Assembly: GCA_022711495.1 (NCBI GenBank)
Contig: JAKLEX010000001.1
Location: forward strand, 151,058 to 215,057
Direction of reading: 5' to 3'
DNA: 64,000 bases
From: Patescibacteria group bacterium
GTDB taxonomy: Bacteria; Patescibacteriota; Minisyncoccia; Phycocordibacterales; JAACPR01
In this document: positions 27,276 to 36,747 of the stretch, in pieces
Numbering within the stretch: the stretch's first letter is position 1
Layout of the letters: every line of letters starts with the position of its first letter
Program-made: the position numbers and the translations under genes
Notes under the pieces: model-generated
The model's database searches: none
Told to the model about the DNA's origin: nothing
Seen by the model: only the letters and a program-made list of their open reading frames with translations

Positions 27276-28148
27276 ATGGGTAACATCAGCGACGAAAAAG
27301 TTTGCGAATTACAGCAAAAAGCCAACGAAATCCGCAAATCAATAATTGAATCTTTGACCGAAGCCAAGTCTGGCCACACAGCCGGTTCGCTTGGTTTGGC
27401 TGATATTTTTACTTATCTCTATTTTTACGGAATGAAGCATGATCCGCAAAGACCATTTTGGGAGAAACGCGACATGCTGGTGCTGTCTAACGGGCACACT
27501 TGCCCTGGACTTTATGCCGCCATGGCGCACGCCGGTTATTTTGGTGTTGAAGAATTGCAGACTTTACGAAAACTTGGCAGTCGTCTGCAAGGTCATCCAC
27601 ATCGCGGAACTTTGCCGGGAATTGAAACAACTTCTGGTCCACTGGGCTCGGGAATTTCGCAGGCAATTGGCATGGCTCTGGCTATGCGCATTGATTCCGG
27701 AAAAACTACGCCTCGATTTGTTTATTGTATCGTCGGCGACGGCGAATTAGATGAAGGTCAAAACTGGGAAGCTCTCATGATGGCAGCAAAATATCGTTTG
27801 CAAAATTTAATTTTAATAGTGGATCGTAACAATATTCAAATTGATGGTTACACTGAAGACGTGATGCCGTTGAATGACTTGCCGGAAAAATTTGAGAGTT
27901 TTAATTGGCATGTTCAGGAAATTGATGGACATAATTTCGAAATGATTGATGACTCTATCGGTCAAGCTAAGTCCGTTTTTGATAAACCCTCGGTGATTAT
28001 CGCCAATACTATTCCGGGCAAGGGAATAGAAGATTTTGAACGTCGACCGGAGTGGCACGGCAAATCGCCAAATCCAAAAGAGGCCGAAAAAGCACTTAAA
28101 GAATTGCGAACTCTTGGTGGTAAGATTACCTGCGATCAATTGAATTAA
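27276..28148 (+). CDS. Transketolase, N-terminal (TPP-binding) subunit
   Basis: GHTAGSLGLADIF and GDGELDEG motifs. It is the split-gene form. Confidence 0.85.
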   Translation: MGNISDEKVCELQQKANEIRKSIIESLTEAKSGHTAGSLGLADIFTYLYFYGMKHDPQRPFWEKRDMLVLSNGHTCPGLYAAMAHAGYFGVEELQTLRKLGSRLQGHPHRGTLPGIETTSGPLGSGISQAIGMALAMRIDSGKTTPRFVYCIVGDGELDEGQNWEALMMAAKYRLQNLILIVDRNNIQIDGYTEDVMPLNDLPEKFESFNWHVQEIDGHNFEMIDDSIGQAKSVFDKPSVIIANTIPGKGIEDFERRPEWHGKSPNPKEAEKALKELRTLGGKITCDQLN

Positions 28149-28166
28149 CCCGCGAAAAGTAGAAAC

Positions 28167-29183
28167 ATGATTAACAAAACAGCCAAATTAAATCCAAATA
28201 TTTTTGAACCGAATTCGCCGGTGAAAGCTAATCGCGATGGTTTCGGCGACGGTGTCGTTGAGGCCGGCAAAGACGATCCTCGAATTGTCGTTTTGACCGC
28301 TGATCTTTCAGAATCAACTCGGGCCAACAAATTTGCCGAAGCTTTTCCGAATAGGTTTTTTGAGGTTGGTATCGCCGAACAAAATCTGGCTTCGGTGGCG
28401 TCTGGTTTGGCGGCTATGGGCAAGATTCCTTTCGCCACAAGCTACGCCATGTTTTCTCCTGGCCGAAATTGGGAGCAAATTAGAACGACAATTTGTTATA
28501 ACAACCAACCAGTAAAAATTATCGGTTCGCACGCGGGTTTGTTGACCGGGCCCGACGGCGGAACTCATCAGGCGCTTGAAGATTTGGCCCTGACGCGGGT
28601 TTTGCCAAACATGGTTGTTCTTTGTCCTTGCGATTATGAAGAAGCCAAAAAGGCGACGGTGGCTTGTATTTCCAACAATAAACCGACTTATATTCGATTA
28701 TGTCGAGAAAAAACAGCTCAAATCACGACGGTAGATACTCCATTTAAAATCGGTAAAGCTGTAAAGGTTTTTGAATCTGAAAATAGCAACGGAGGTAAAA
28801 GTAGCGCTCTAGACGTCGGCATAATTTCCACTGGAATTTTATTGCATAAAGTTTTAAAGGTTGCCAGCGAGCTTGAGGAAAATGGCACGAGGGTAGAGGT
28901 TCTAAATATTCATACAATCAAGCCGATTGATGAAGAGGCAATTGTTGATTTAGCGAAAAGATCTGGCGCTATCGTTACCGTTGAAGAACATCAAATAATT
29001 GGTGGACTTGGTTCGGCTGTTTCGGAAGTTTTAGCGAAAAATAATCCTATCCCGATGGAATTTGTTGGAGTTAAAGATCAATACGGCCAATCCGGCGAAG
29101 GGGAAGAACTTCTAACCGAATATGGTTTGGATGAAAACGGAATTTTAGAAGCTGTAAAAAAAGTTTTGGGCAGGAAAAACTAG
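28167..29183 (+). CDS. Transketolase, C-terminal (pyrimidine-binding) subunit
   Basis: Pyr-binding and C-terminal transketolase domains. It is adjacent to the N-terminal half. Confidence 0.85.
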   Translation: MINKTAKLNPNIFEPNSPVKANRDGFGDGVVEAGKDDPRIVVLTADLSESTRANKFAEAFPNRFFEVGIAEQNLASVASGLAAMGKIPFATSYAMFSPGRNWEQIRTTICYNNQPVKIIGSHAGLLTGPDGGTHQALEDLALTRVLPNMVVLCPCDYEEAKKATVACISNNKPTYIRLCREKTAQITTVDTPFKIGKAVKVFESENSNGGKSSALDVGIISTGILLHKVLKVASELEENGTRVEVLNIHTIKPIDEEAIVDLAKRSGAIVTVEEHQIIGGLGSAVSEVLAKNNPIPMEFVGVKDQYGQSGEGEELLTEYGLDENGILEAVKKVLGRKN

Positions 29184-30181
29184 ATCTCTTCCGGTTGGTA
29201 GTATTTCGGCGCCTTTTTTAAATATTCCTCAATTTCTTTTCGGGTTAAATGCCCGGCCTGCGCACCAATATGCTGAACAACGCTCATAGAATTGATCGGT
29301 CCCCACATCAGAGCTTCCTCCAAAGTTTTTCCTAGCGCCAATGCGACAGTAAAAGTACTTGAAAACGCGTCTCCGGCTCCAGTTCGGCTAACTGGTGGTT
29401 TTGGATCTGGATACATTTTGCCGTGCAGATACTTTTTCCCATCAAAAACATACGCGCCATTTGGCCCATCGGTAATAACCACAATTTTCGGACCAAGCTC
29501 ATAAATTCCCGACAGCAATTTCTTAATATTGGCTTCTTTTGTTTCTAAAACGGATTGAGCCTCTTCTTTGTTGCAGAAAAACAATTTCGAGACTTTATAT
29601 AAATCTTTTAATTTGTTTTTGCCAAGTTTAATCTGGAAAGTTCCCGGTTGAAAAGCCAGCTTTGTCTCCGGATGTTTTTTTAAATATCGAGCAATTTCGG
29701 CGTGATGTTTTAGGGAATTATCTCCCAATGAACTCAAATACATCCATTTTGGTCCGGGATCTACATCCGGAAATTTATAATCATATTCGTTGTGATGAAT
29801 AAGGATGGTTCTCTCTTCGCGATAGCGCAAGATGTAATTGTGATTTGATTTATGATCTCTGTGAATGGTCACATATCTTGTGTCTATGCCGCTTTCTTTC
29901 AAAGAGAGCAAAATCTGCGAACCATTGAAATCATCCCCGATATTCGTGACAATCCCAGCCCTCAACCCAAGTTTCATCGCCGCGTGAGCCGCATTTGACG
30001 CGTTGCCAGCGGCCGGCGTCGTTACCTCGCTTTCATAAGGCGTCTTGCCGCCGAAATGCATACACAATTCTTTTGATTTCTCTGGATTGTCGTTTTCAAT
30101 CCAGGCGTCAATTAATTCAATAAAAGTATCAATGACGACGTCTCCAACCCCCAAAAAGTCTATTTGCCCTTTTTTATCCAT
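29180..30181 (-). CDS. PfkB-family carbohydrate/nucleoside kinase
   Basis: GAGDAF signature near the C-terminus and the ribokinase-like fold pattern. Confidence 0.7.
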   Translation of the reverse strand: MDKKGQIDFLGVGDVVIDTFIELIDAWIENDNPEKSKELCMHFGGKTPYESEVTTPAAGNASNAAHAAMKLGLRAGIVTNIGDDFNGSQILLSLKESGIDTRYVTIHRDHKSNHNYILRYREERTILIHHNEYDYKFPDVDPGPKWMYLSSLGDNSLKHHAEIARYLKKHPETKLAFQPGTFQIKLGKNKLKDLYKVSKLFFCNKEEAQSVLETKEANIKKLLSGIYELGPKIVVITDGPNGAYVFDGKKYLHGKMYPDPKPPVSRTGAGDAFSSTFTVALALGKTLEEALMWGPINSMSVVQHIGAQAGHLTRKEIEEYLKKAPKYYQPEEI

Positions 30182-30227
30182 GAAAGTATTTTAACATGAA
30201 AAAATTCATTTCTGTTATAATGAAAGT

Positions 30228-31262
30228 ATGAAAAATCTGGATAAAAAATACTTAGAACAAACAGCCAGCTGTTTAATGGCAAAAGACAAGGGAATTCTGG
30301 CGGCCGACGAATCAAACGAAACCGCTGGCAAAAGATTGGCTGACATTGAAGTTGCCAATACTCAAGAGAACCGACGGCTTTATCGGGAATTGTTTCTTGG
30401 TTTGCCGGGCCTTGAAAAATACATCAGCGGCGTGATTTTGTTTGACGAAACTTTTTGGCAGAAATCAGATTCCGACGCTCCTTATCCGCAATTTCTGTCC
30501 GAGAAAAATATTTTGCCGGGAATCAAAATTGATCTTGGTGCCAAAGATTTTCCCGGCTTTCCCGGAGAAAAATTGACTGTTGGCCTGGACGACTTACCGG
30601 AGAGAGTGAAAAAATATGCGGAAAATGGTGCGACTTTTGTGAAATGGCGGGCGGTTATTATTATTGATGAGAAAAATAATTTACCGACGCCACAAGCCAT
30701 AGAAGCCAATGCCGATGCTCTCGGCCGTTACGCACGAATCTGCCAAGAAGCCGGCCTTGTGCCGATTTTAGAGCCAGAGGTTTTGTTAAATGGTCCACAC
30801 TCAATTGCTAAAGCCGAGGAAACTACCACGATTGTGCTCAAAAAAGTTTTTGAAAAAGTTCAAGAGCACAAAGTGCATGTCCCGGGGCTGATTCTGAAAA
30901 CCAGCATGGTAATTCAGGGCGATGAAAATCCGGACGAAGCTTCACCCGAAGAAATTGCTGAAGCCACGGTCCGTGTCTTGCTTCAGACTGTTCCAAAAAA
31001 CATCGGTGGAGTTGTGTTTCTATCCGGCGGACAAACGCCGATTGAGGCATCGGCTCACCTTGATGCCATTGCTGAAAAGAGATCTTTGCCGTTTGAAATT
31101 GCTTTCTCTTATGCCAGAGCGCTACAGGGTCCGGCCATGCAGATTTGGAAAGGAAAGCCGGAAAATGTTGAAGCCGCTCGAATTGAATTCAAAAAGCGCC
31201 TGCAATTAAATACTTTGGCAGATGCCGGCGATTACGATATTAGTCTAGAGTATTCTGATTAA
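30228..31262 (+). CDS. Fructose-bisphosphate aldolase, class I
   Basis: GILAADESNETAGKRLA and the class I FBA family pattern. Confidence 0.85.
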   Translation: MKNLDKKYLEQTASCLMAKDKGILAADESNETAGKRLADIEVANTQENRRLYRELFLGLPGLEKYISGVILFDETFWQKSDSDAPYPQFLSEKNILPGIKIDLGAKDFPGFPGEKLTVGLDDLPERVKKYAENGATFVKWRAVIIIDEKNNLPTPQAIEANADALGRYARICQEAGLVPILEPEVLLNGPHSIAKAEETTTIVLKKVFEKVQEHKVHVPGLILKTSMVIQGDENPDEASPEEIAEATVRVLLQTVPKNIGGVVFLSGGQTPIEASAHLDAIAEKRSLPFEIAFSYARALQGPAMQIWKGKPENVEAARIEFKKRLQLNTLADAGDYDISLEYSD

Positions 31263-31280
31263 TTTTCTCTTTTCCGGATA

Positions 31281-31308
31281 TTGCTATTTCAGCGTATCCA
31301 TGTATAAT
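31281..31308 (+). promoter_or_regulatory. Promoter TTGCTA-N16-TGTATAAT ending 8 nt before the rplY ATG (implies a leaderless mRNA)
   Basis: ttgcta (31281-31286), a 16 nt spacer, tg+tataat (31301-31308). The ATG is at 31317. Confidence 0.3.
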
Positions 31309-31316
31309 TCTGGTTC

Positions 31317-32015
31317 ATGATTGAATTGCCGGTAGAAAAGAGAAATAACAAGGAAAATGGCGTCGCCCTAAGAAAAAAGGGCTTTATTCCGGCGATTTTT
31401 TACGGTCCCAAAGAGAAGGCTACCCCTATAAAAGTAAAAGAAGGAAGTTTCGCCAGTTTGTATGAAACCGCTGGTGAATCAGCCATCATCAAACTGAAAC
31501 TTGATTCAGATGAGCACGAAGCGCTTATTCACGATGTTCAGTTTGACGCTATTTCAGGCCGCCCGATTCACGCCGATTTTTACATAATTGAGAAAGGTAA
31601 AAAGATTGAAGTTTCTATTCCATTGCATTTCATCGGAGAATCTGCCGCAGAAAAAAACCTGGGCGGTATCTTGGTCAAAGTCATTCACGAGCTTGATATT
31701 AAGGCGTTGCCTAAAGATTTGCCGGCTCACATAGATGTAGATATCAGTTCGCTGGTTGATTTCTCTTCAAAAATAAAAGCTGGTGATATAAAACTGCCAG
31801 AGGGCGTGGAACTTGATATTGACGCTTCGGAAGTCGTGGCCCTTGTCCAGGAAGCCAAGGAGGAGGTTATTGAAACTCCGGAACCGATTGACTTGGAATC
31901 TATTGAAGTTGAGGCTAAGGGCAAGAAAGAAGAAGAAGGTGAAGCCGCGGCAGAAGCTCCGGCCAAAGCTCCGACCGAGGCTCCGGCTAAAAATAAGCCC
32001 GAAAAGAGCGCTTAA
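31317..32015 (+). CDS. rplY: Ribosomal protein bL25 (general stress protein Ctc form, acidic/Ala-Pro-rich C-tail)
   Basis: L25 N-terminal pattern (...RKKGFIPAIFYG...). Confidence 0.8.
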   Translation: MIELPVEKRNNKENGVALRKKGFIPAIFYGPKEKATPIKVKEGSFASLYETAGESAIIKLKLDSDEHEALIHDVQFDAISGRPIHADFYIIEKGKKIEVSIPLHFIGESAAEKNLGGILVKVIHELDIKALPKDLPAHIDVDISSLVDFSSKIKAGDIKLPEGVELDIDASEVVALVQEAKEEVIETPEPIDLESIEVEAKGKKEEEGEAAAEAPAKAPTEAPAKNKPEKSA

Positions 32016-32065
32016 TCGCCCGCTCCAAAATCTTTTCAAAGAGAATGTTATAATGATGGTGCTTT

Positions 32066-33451
32066 ATGGCACCGTTTTGTTTTTTAAATAAGAAAATTCT
32101 GGCCAGATTGATAGTCGTTTTGGTGCTGACTGTTTTAGTCTGGCCGCCCGATCAAAACTTTCTCTTGGCTGCAACGTTGAGTAAGAGTGAACAAAGAGAA
32201 CGAGCCGAGTTGCAAGAGGAGCTTGACCGCCTTGAAGAAGAGAAAGCCAAGCTTGAGGAAACTTTAGCCCAGCAAAAAAGTCAGTCGGCTTCAATTCAGG
32301 GTGATATAAATATTTTATCCAGCCAAATTTATCAGGCCGAATTGAATATAAAGAAAAAGAATTTGGAAATAGAAAGACTTAGTGGGGTTATCTCTTTGAA
32401 AAAGCAGACTATTGAAGAGCTGGAAGAAGAAATGGCCGACAGCAAGGTTATCTTGGCCGAACTTCTTCGCCGGAAAAAGGAAACCGACAGCGTTTCGTTG
32501 CCGGAAGTTTTGTTAGTTAGCGACAATCTTTCTGATTTCTTTTCAGAGATTGATTCTCATTCAAGTGTCAATAAACAATTACAGAATCTTTATCACCAAG
32601 TTCAGGAAATTACTGAACAGACCATGGCGGAAAAAGAACAACTGACGGCCCAGCAGGCGAAAGAGTTAGACGCTAAATATGTTATTCAGACAGAGAAACA
32701 GGTGATTGATTCAAAAAAGCAAGAGAAAAATACTCTACTCAATATCAGCAAACAATCCGAAGCGACTTATCAGGACTTTTTAACCGCTAAAGAAATAGAA
32801 ATTGCCAAGATTCGTTCCCAGCTCATTCGTTTTGAAGGTTCCGGCGTTGAAGCCAGATCTATTTCTTTCGGTGAGGCTTACGATTATGCCAAGGCCGCTT
32901 CCGGAAAAACTGGAGTTCGAACCGCGTTTATCATGGCCATTATGCAACAAGAGTCTGGTTTTGGTAGAAATGTCGGCGGATGTTACTTGCTAAACGGAGA
33001 AACCGGCGACGGGATTTATATTAACTCCGGCGAAAAATCTATCAGAAACATGGTTCCCGGCAACTTTGATAATTTTGTTGAAATCACTGATTCTTTAGGA
33101 AGAGATTGGAAATCAACGCCAATTTCTTGCGTGGCTTATTATAACGGTAAACCATATGGTTACGGCGGGGCCATGGGCTACACTCAATTTATTCCGAACA
33201 CTTGGATGCTGGTGGAAGCCAGGGTTAGAAGTTATCTTGGTATAAAAGTGGCTAATCCGTGGAACGCTCAAGACGCAGTTATGGCCACGGCGGTTTTCTT
33301 ACAAGATCTGGGCGCGGCTTTGCAAACTTATTCGGCGGAATATCGGGCCGCTTGTCGTTACTACGGCTCTTGCTCAATTCATGACTATGGCACGAGTGTT
33401 ATGCAAAAAGCCATTAATATTCAGATAACCATAGATAAATTGGAGAGCTGA
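32066..33451 (+). CDS. Membrane-anchored coiled-coil protein with a C-terminal lytic-transglycosylase (SLT) domain
   Basis: N-terminal TM and a long heptad-rich region. The SLT motifs are QQESGFG (E-S), GAMGYTQF and AYYNG. Confidence 0.55.
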   Translation: MAPFCFLNKKILARLIVVLVLTVLVWPPDQNFLLAATLSKSEQRERAELQEELDRLEEEKAKLEETLAQQKSQSASIQGDINILSSQIYQAELNIKKKNLEIERLSGVISLKKQTIEELEEEMADSKVILAELLRRKKETDSVSLPEVLLVSDNLSDFFSEIDSHSSVNKQLQNLYHQVQEITEQTMAEKEQLTAQQAKELDAKYVIQTEKQVIDSKKQEKNTLLNISKQSEATYQDFLTAKEIEIAKIRSQLIRFEGSGVEARSISFGEAYDYAKAASGKTGVRTAFIMAIMQQESGFGRNVGGCYLLNGETGDGIYINSGEKSIRNMVPGNFDNFVEITDSLGRDWKSTPISCVAYYNGKPYGYGGAMGYTQFIPNTWMLVEARVRSYLGIKVANPWNAQDAVMATAVFLQDLGAALQTYSAEYRAACRYYGSCSIHDYGTSVMQKAINIQITIDKLES

Positions 33452-33508
33452 TGGGGTGAGTTTTTGGTAATTGCAAATCCGTTCTTATTCTGATATAGTT
33501 CATCGGCA

Positions 33509-33775
33509 ATGAAAAAAGACATTCATCCGAAAAATCATAGGGATGTAATCTTTGTTGACGATTCAAGCGGCGAGCGTTTTTTAATTCCATCAACAATCTC
33601 CTCGGAAAAGACTGACAAATGGGCCGACGGAAAAGAATATCCAGTCGTGCATGTGGAAATCTCCAGCGCTTCGCATCCTTTTTATACTGGCCGAGAAAAT
33701 ATCGTTGATACCGCCGGTCGTGTTGAGAAATTCCGCGCTCGCGCTTCTAAGTCTACGAAGTCAAAGAAAAGTTAG
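33509..33775 (+). CDS. rpmE: Ribosomal protein bL31
   Basis: MKKDIHPK... L31 family pattern. Confidence 0.85.
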   Translation: MKKDIHPKNHRDVIFVDDSSGERFLIPSTISSEKTDKWADGKEYPVVHVEISSASHPFYTGRENIVDTAGRVEKFRARASKSTKSKKS

Positions 33776-33879
33776 AAATGTTTTTTGAGATCCTCCGCAG
33801 GGGGTATTTTTGTCACAGGTCTTTAGACCTTTACAAAAATATCCCCGAGGACTGGATCGAATAAAAGCATTTCTAACTT
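33769..33879 (+). repeat. Hairpin repeat element, copy 2 (core 33784-33863) flanked by 12 bp perfect inverted repeats aagttagaaatg / catttctaactt; overlaps the rpmE stop codon
   Basis: ttgagatcctccgcag ... ccgaggactggatcgaa ends. The inner hairpin is nearly identical to copy 1. Confidence 0.7.
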
Positions 33880-33900
33880 TTCTTTGTCTTGTATAATTAG

Positions 33901-34863
33901 ATGGACATGGACCTAACTGAATACAAAAAGAACCCGCGTACCAAATTTCTCGCTGAAGAATACGAGCGGATTTTGAGCAAGAAAAATGAGGCTCTTGCCT
34001 TGTCGGAAAACGACGCCGAGATGCGAACGCTGGCTTTGGAGGAAGCGAAAGAATTTGACCTGCAATTGGCTGAAGTTAAAAAACAAATTGACGAAATTTT
34101 GGAATCGGAAAAAGAAGAAATAGAATTTCCGAACGAAATTTTGCTAGAAATCCGGGCTGGCGCCGGTGGTGACGAAGCCTCTCTTTTCGCGGCGGAATTG
34201 GCCAACATGTATATCCGTTTTGCCGAGCGCAACGCCTGGCAAGTTGAAAGGATTTCCGAATCTGAAAATGATGCCGGCGGTTACAAAGAAGTCGTTTTTG
34301 AAATGCATGGGCGGGATATTTATAAAAAGATGATGCAAGAAACCGGTGTTCATCGGGTTCAGAGAGTTCCCATAACCGAAAAGCTCGGTCGAGTTCATAC
34401 TTCCACCGCGTCGGTGGCTATTTTGCCGATCCGAAAAAACGATCGTTTCGTTTTAAGTCCAGCCGAGTTGGAATTTGAAACTTCGCGTGCCGGCGGCAAG
34501 GGTGGGCAAAATGTCAACAAAGTTGAAACGGCTGTCCGGGTTATTCACAAACCAACCGGCTTGGCCGTTCGCTCTACTTCACAGAGAAGCCAGCTTAAAA
34601 ACAAGGAAACCGCTATCAGTATTTTAACCGCCAAATTGGCCGAGATGAAAAGGGAGGAAGAAGACAAGAAATTCGGCGCCGAGCGTAAAAGTCAAATCGG
34701 CACCAGCGACCGTTCCGAGAAAATTAGAACGTATAATTTTCCTCAAGATCGGATCACCGATCATCGTTTGAATGAATCTTTTCATAATTTACCCAAGATT
34801 ATGGACGGTTTTCTTGATGAAATAATAGAGATTTTTCAAGCAAAATCCGCCAAATCCGAGTAG
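33901..34863 (+). CDS. prfA: Peptide chain release factor 1
   Basis: GGQ motif ([20 protein letters not shown]) and a PIT tripeptide at the PxT position of RF1. Confidence 0.75.
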   Translation: MDMDLTEYKKNPRTKFLAEEYERILSKKNEALALSENDAEMRTLALEEAKEFDLQLAEVKKQIDEILESEKEEIEFPNEILLEIRAGAGGDEASLFAAELANMYIRFAERNAWQVERISESENDAGGYKEVVFEMHGRDIYKKMMQETGVHRVQRVPITEKLGRVHTSTASVAILPIRKNDRFVLSPAELEFETSRAGGKGGQNVNKVETAVRVIHKPTGLAVRSTSQRSQLKNKETAISILTAKLAEMKREEEDKKFGAERKSQIGTSDRSEKIRTYNFPQDRITDHRLNESFHNLPKIMDGFLDEIIEIFQAKSAKSE

Positions 34864-34902
34864 CTTGCTATCGCGAAGCTTATCTGCTAAACTCATTCCT
34901 AC

Positions 34903-35628
34903 ATGTTTTTCGGAAGAGAGCCAAAAAGAGATTTAATCAAAGAGATGTTTGAGGTTGGGGCGCATTTCGGCTATGCCAAATCCCGTCGCCACCCTTCAAC
35001 CATGCCTTACATTCTGGGCAAGAAAAGCGGCACGGAGATTTTTGATTTGGAGAAAATCGCCAAGAAATTAGAAGAAGCCAAAGAATTTATCGCCAAAGTT
35101 GCCAAAGAAGGGAAGCAACTATTGCTTGTCGCCGGCAAACCAGAAGCCCGCGGCCTTATTCGCGACATCGCCGAAAAAATTGAAATGCCTTTCGTGGCTG
35201 GTCGCTGGATTGGCGGAACTCTGACCAATTTTGAACAGATCAGGAAGCGAATTAATCGTTTGATAGAATTGACTGATCAGAGAGACAAGGGCCTTCTCGG
35301 CAAATACACCAAAAAGGAGAGATTGCTAATTGATCGCGAGATAGTGAAATTGGAAGAAGCTTTCGGCGGGATCGTCAACATGACGAAAAAACCGGGAGCG
35401 ATTTTTATTGTTGACACCGATAAAGAGAAAAACGCGCGTGACGAAGCTTTAAAGACCGGCGTTCCGATTATCGGTTTGTGTAGCACGGATTGTGACATTA
35501 CCACCATAAAGTATCCGATTCCGGCCAACGATTCTTCGGTAAAAAGCATTTCATACTTCACCGCCGAAATCGCCAATTCTTACAAAGATAACAAAGATCA
35601 AAAATCCGCCAAGCCGAATCCGAAGTAG
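34903..35628 (+). CDS. rpsB: Ribosomal protein uS2
   Basis: S2 family pattern (MLEAGVHFGH-like EVGAHFGYAK...). Confidence 0.9.
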   Translation: MFFGREPKRDLIKEMFEVGAHFGYAKSRRHPSTMPYILGKKSGTEIFDLEKIAKKLEEAKEFIAKVAKEGKQLLLVAGKPEARGLIRDIAEKIEMPFVAGRWIGGTLTNFEQIRKRINRLIELTDQRDKGLLGKYTKKERLLIDREIVKLEEAFGGIVNMTKKPGAIFIVDTDKEKNARDEALKTGVPIIGLCSTDCDITTIKYPIPANDSSVKSISYFTAEIANSYKDNKDQKSAKPNPK

Positions 35629-35655
35629 ATTTTTAGCGGTTAATTAAAATTTGAT

Positions 35656-36243
35656 ATGGTCATTACAACTGAACAAATAAAAGCTTTAAGAGACGAAACG
35701 AAAGTTTCGGTGATGCAGTGCAAAAAAGCCCTGGAAGAATCCGCTGGCGATATTGAAAAAGCAAAAATTCTTTTGCGAAAGCAAAGTGCCATTACCGCTT
35801 CAAAGAAAGCGGAAAGAACTCTGGGTGCCGGAACCGTCGCTTCTTATATTCACGCCGGTGGCACCGTTGGCGCCATGGTGGAATTGCTTTGTGAAACTGA
35901 TTTCGTCGCCAAGAACGAAGAATTTCAGAATTTGACTCGTGAAATCGCCATGCAAGTTGCCGCTACCGCTCCCGAGTTCGTCAAGCCAGAGGATATTGAC
36001 GAGGACGCCACAACCAAGGCCCGCGAAATTTTTGAAAAAGAAGCCGGTAACAAGCCCGCTGATATTAAAGAGAAAATTATCAAGGGAAAACTTGACGCCT
36101 ATTTTGCCGAAAAAACTCTGATTAATCAGCCACACATCAAAAATCCGGAAGTTACGATCAAAATGCTGATTGACGGAGCCATCCAAAAATTCGGGGAAAA
36201 GATTGAAATCGGCCGAGTGGCGCGTTTTTCCGCGAAAGGATAA
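35656..36243 (+). CDS. tsf: Elongation factor Ts
   Basis: N-terminal UBA-like TTEQIKALRDETKVSVMQCKKALEE. It follows rpsB. Confidence 0.9.
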   Translation: MVITTEQIKALRDETKVSVMQCKKALEESAGDIEKAKILLRKQSAITASKKAERTLGAGTVASYIHAGGTVGAMVELLCETDFVAKNEEFQNLTREIAMQVAATAPEFVKPEDIDEDATTKAREIFEKEAGNKPADIKEKIIKGKLDAYFAEKTLINQPHIKNPEVTIKMLIDGAIQKFGEKIEIGRVARFSAKG

Positions 36244-36258
36244 TTTTAGATAAATATT

Positions 36259-36639
36259 ATGTTGACTCTAATCTGGTTTTGCGCGATGTCTTTTGTCCTG
36301 ATGGCTATCATGGTTTCTTATCGGGTTTACGAAATTAAATCCGCTAAGCCGGTTTTTTCCGTGTCTATTCGTGAAAAGTCGGACAAAGTTCTCGTTAGGG
36401 CGGCGTCTACTTTCGTTCATTTCTTTCTTTCTCTGGCGCACCGATTGAAACTTTTTTTGGGCGGGTTGACTCATTCGTTTAATGAAAAATTACACGCAAT
36501 TTGGCGCAAAATTTCGTCAAAAGTAGATAGATATTTTCTCAAGCTTCGTGGCCGAAAGGATATTGGAAAAAAGGGTTCAATTTCGATATACTGGCAACAA
36601 GTCGCAGGCAAGAAAGAGGGGGAAGAGGGCGATAAATAA
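36259..36639 (+). CDS. Hypothetical small membrane protein (126 aa)
   Basis: ORF track. It has an N-terminal TM. Confidence 0.4.
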   Translation: MLTLIWFCAMSFVLMAIMVSYRVYEIKSAKPVFSVSIREKSDKVLVRAASTFVHFFLSLAHRLKLFLGGLTHSFNEKLHAIWRKISSKVDRYFLKLRGRKDIGKKGSISIYWQQVAGKKEGEEGDK

Positions 36640-36665
36640 ATAGCGCGACGAATAGATAAATAATT

Positions 36666-36738
36666 GCCACCTTAGCTCAGTTGGTAGAGCAACGGTTTTG
36701 TAAACCGTAGGTCGTCGGTTCAAGCCCGACAGGTGGCT
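36666..36738 (+). tRNA. tRNA-Thr (anticodon UGU)
   Basis: GCCACCU acceptor stem, anticodon stem ACGGU/ACCGU with loop UUUGUAA, T-arm GGUUCAAGCCC. Confidence 0.8.
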
Positions 36739-36747
36739 CCCGATAAC

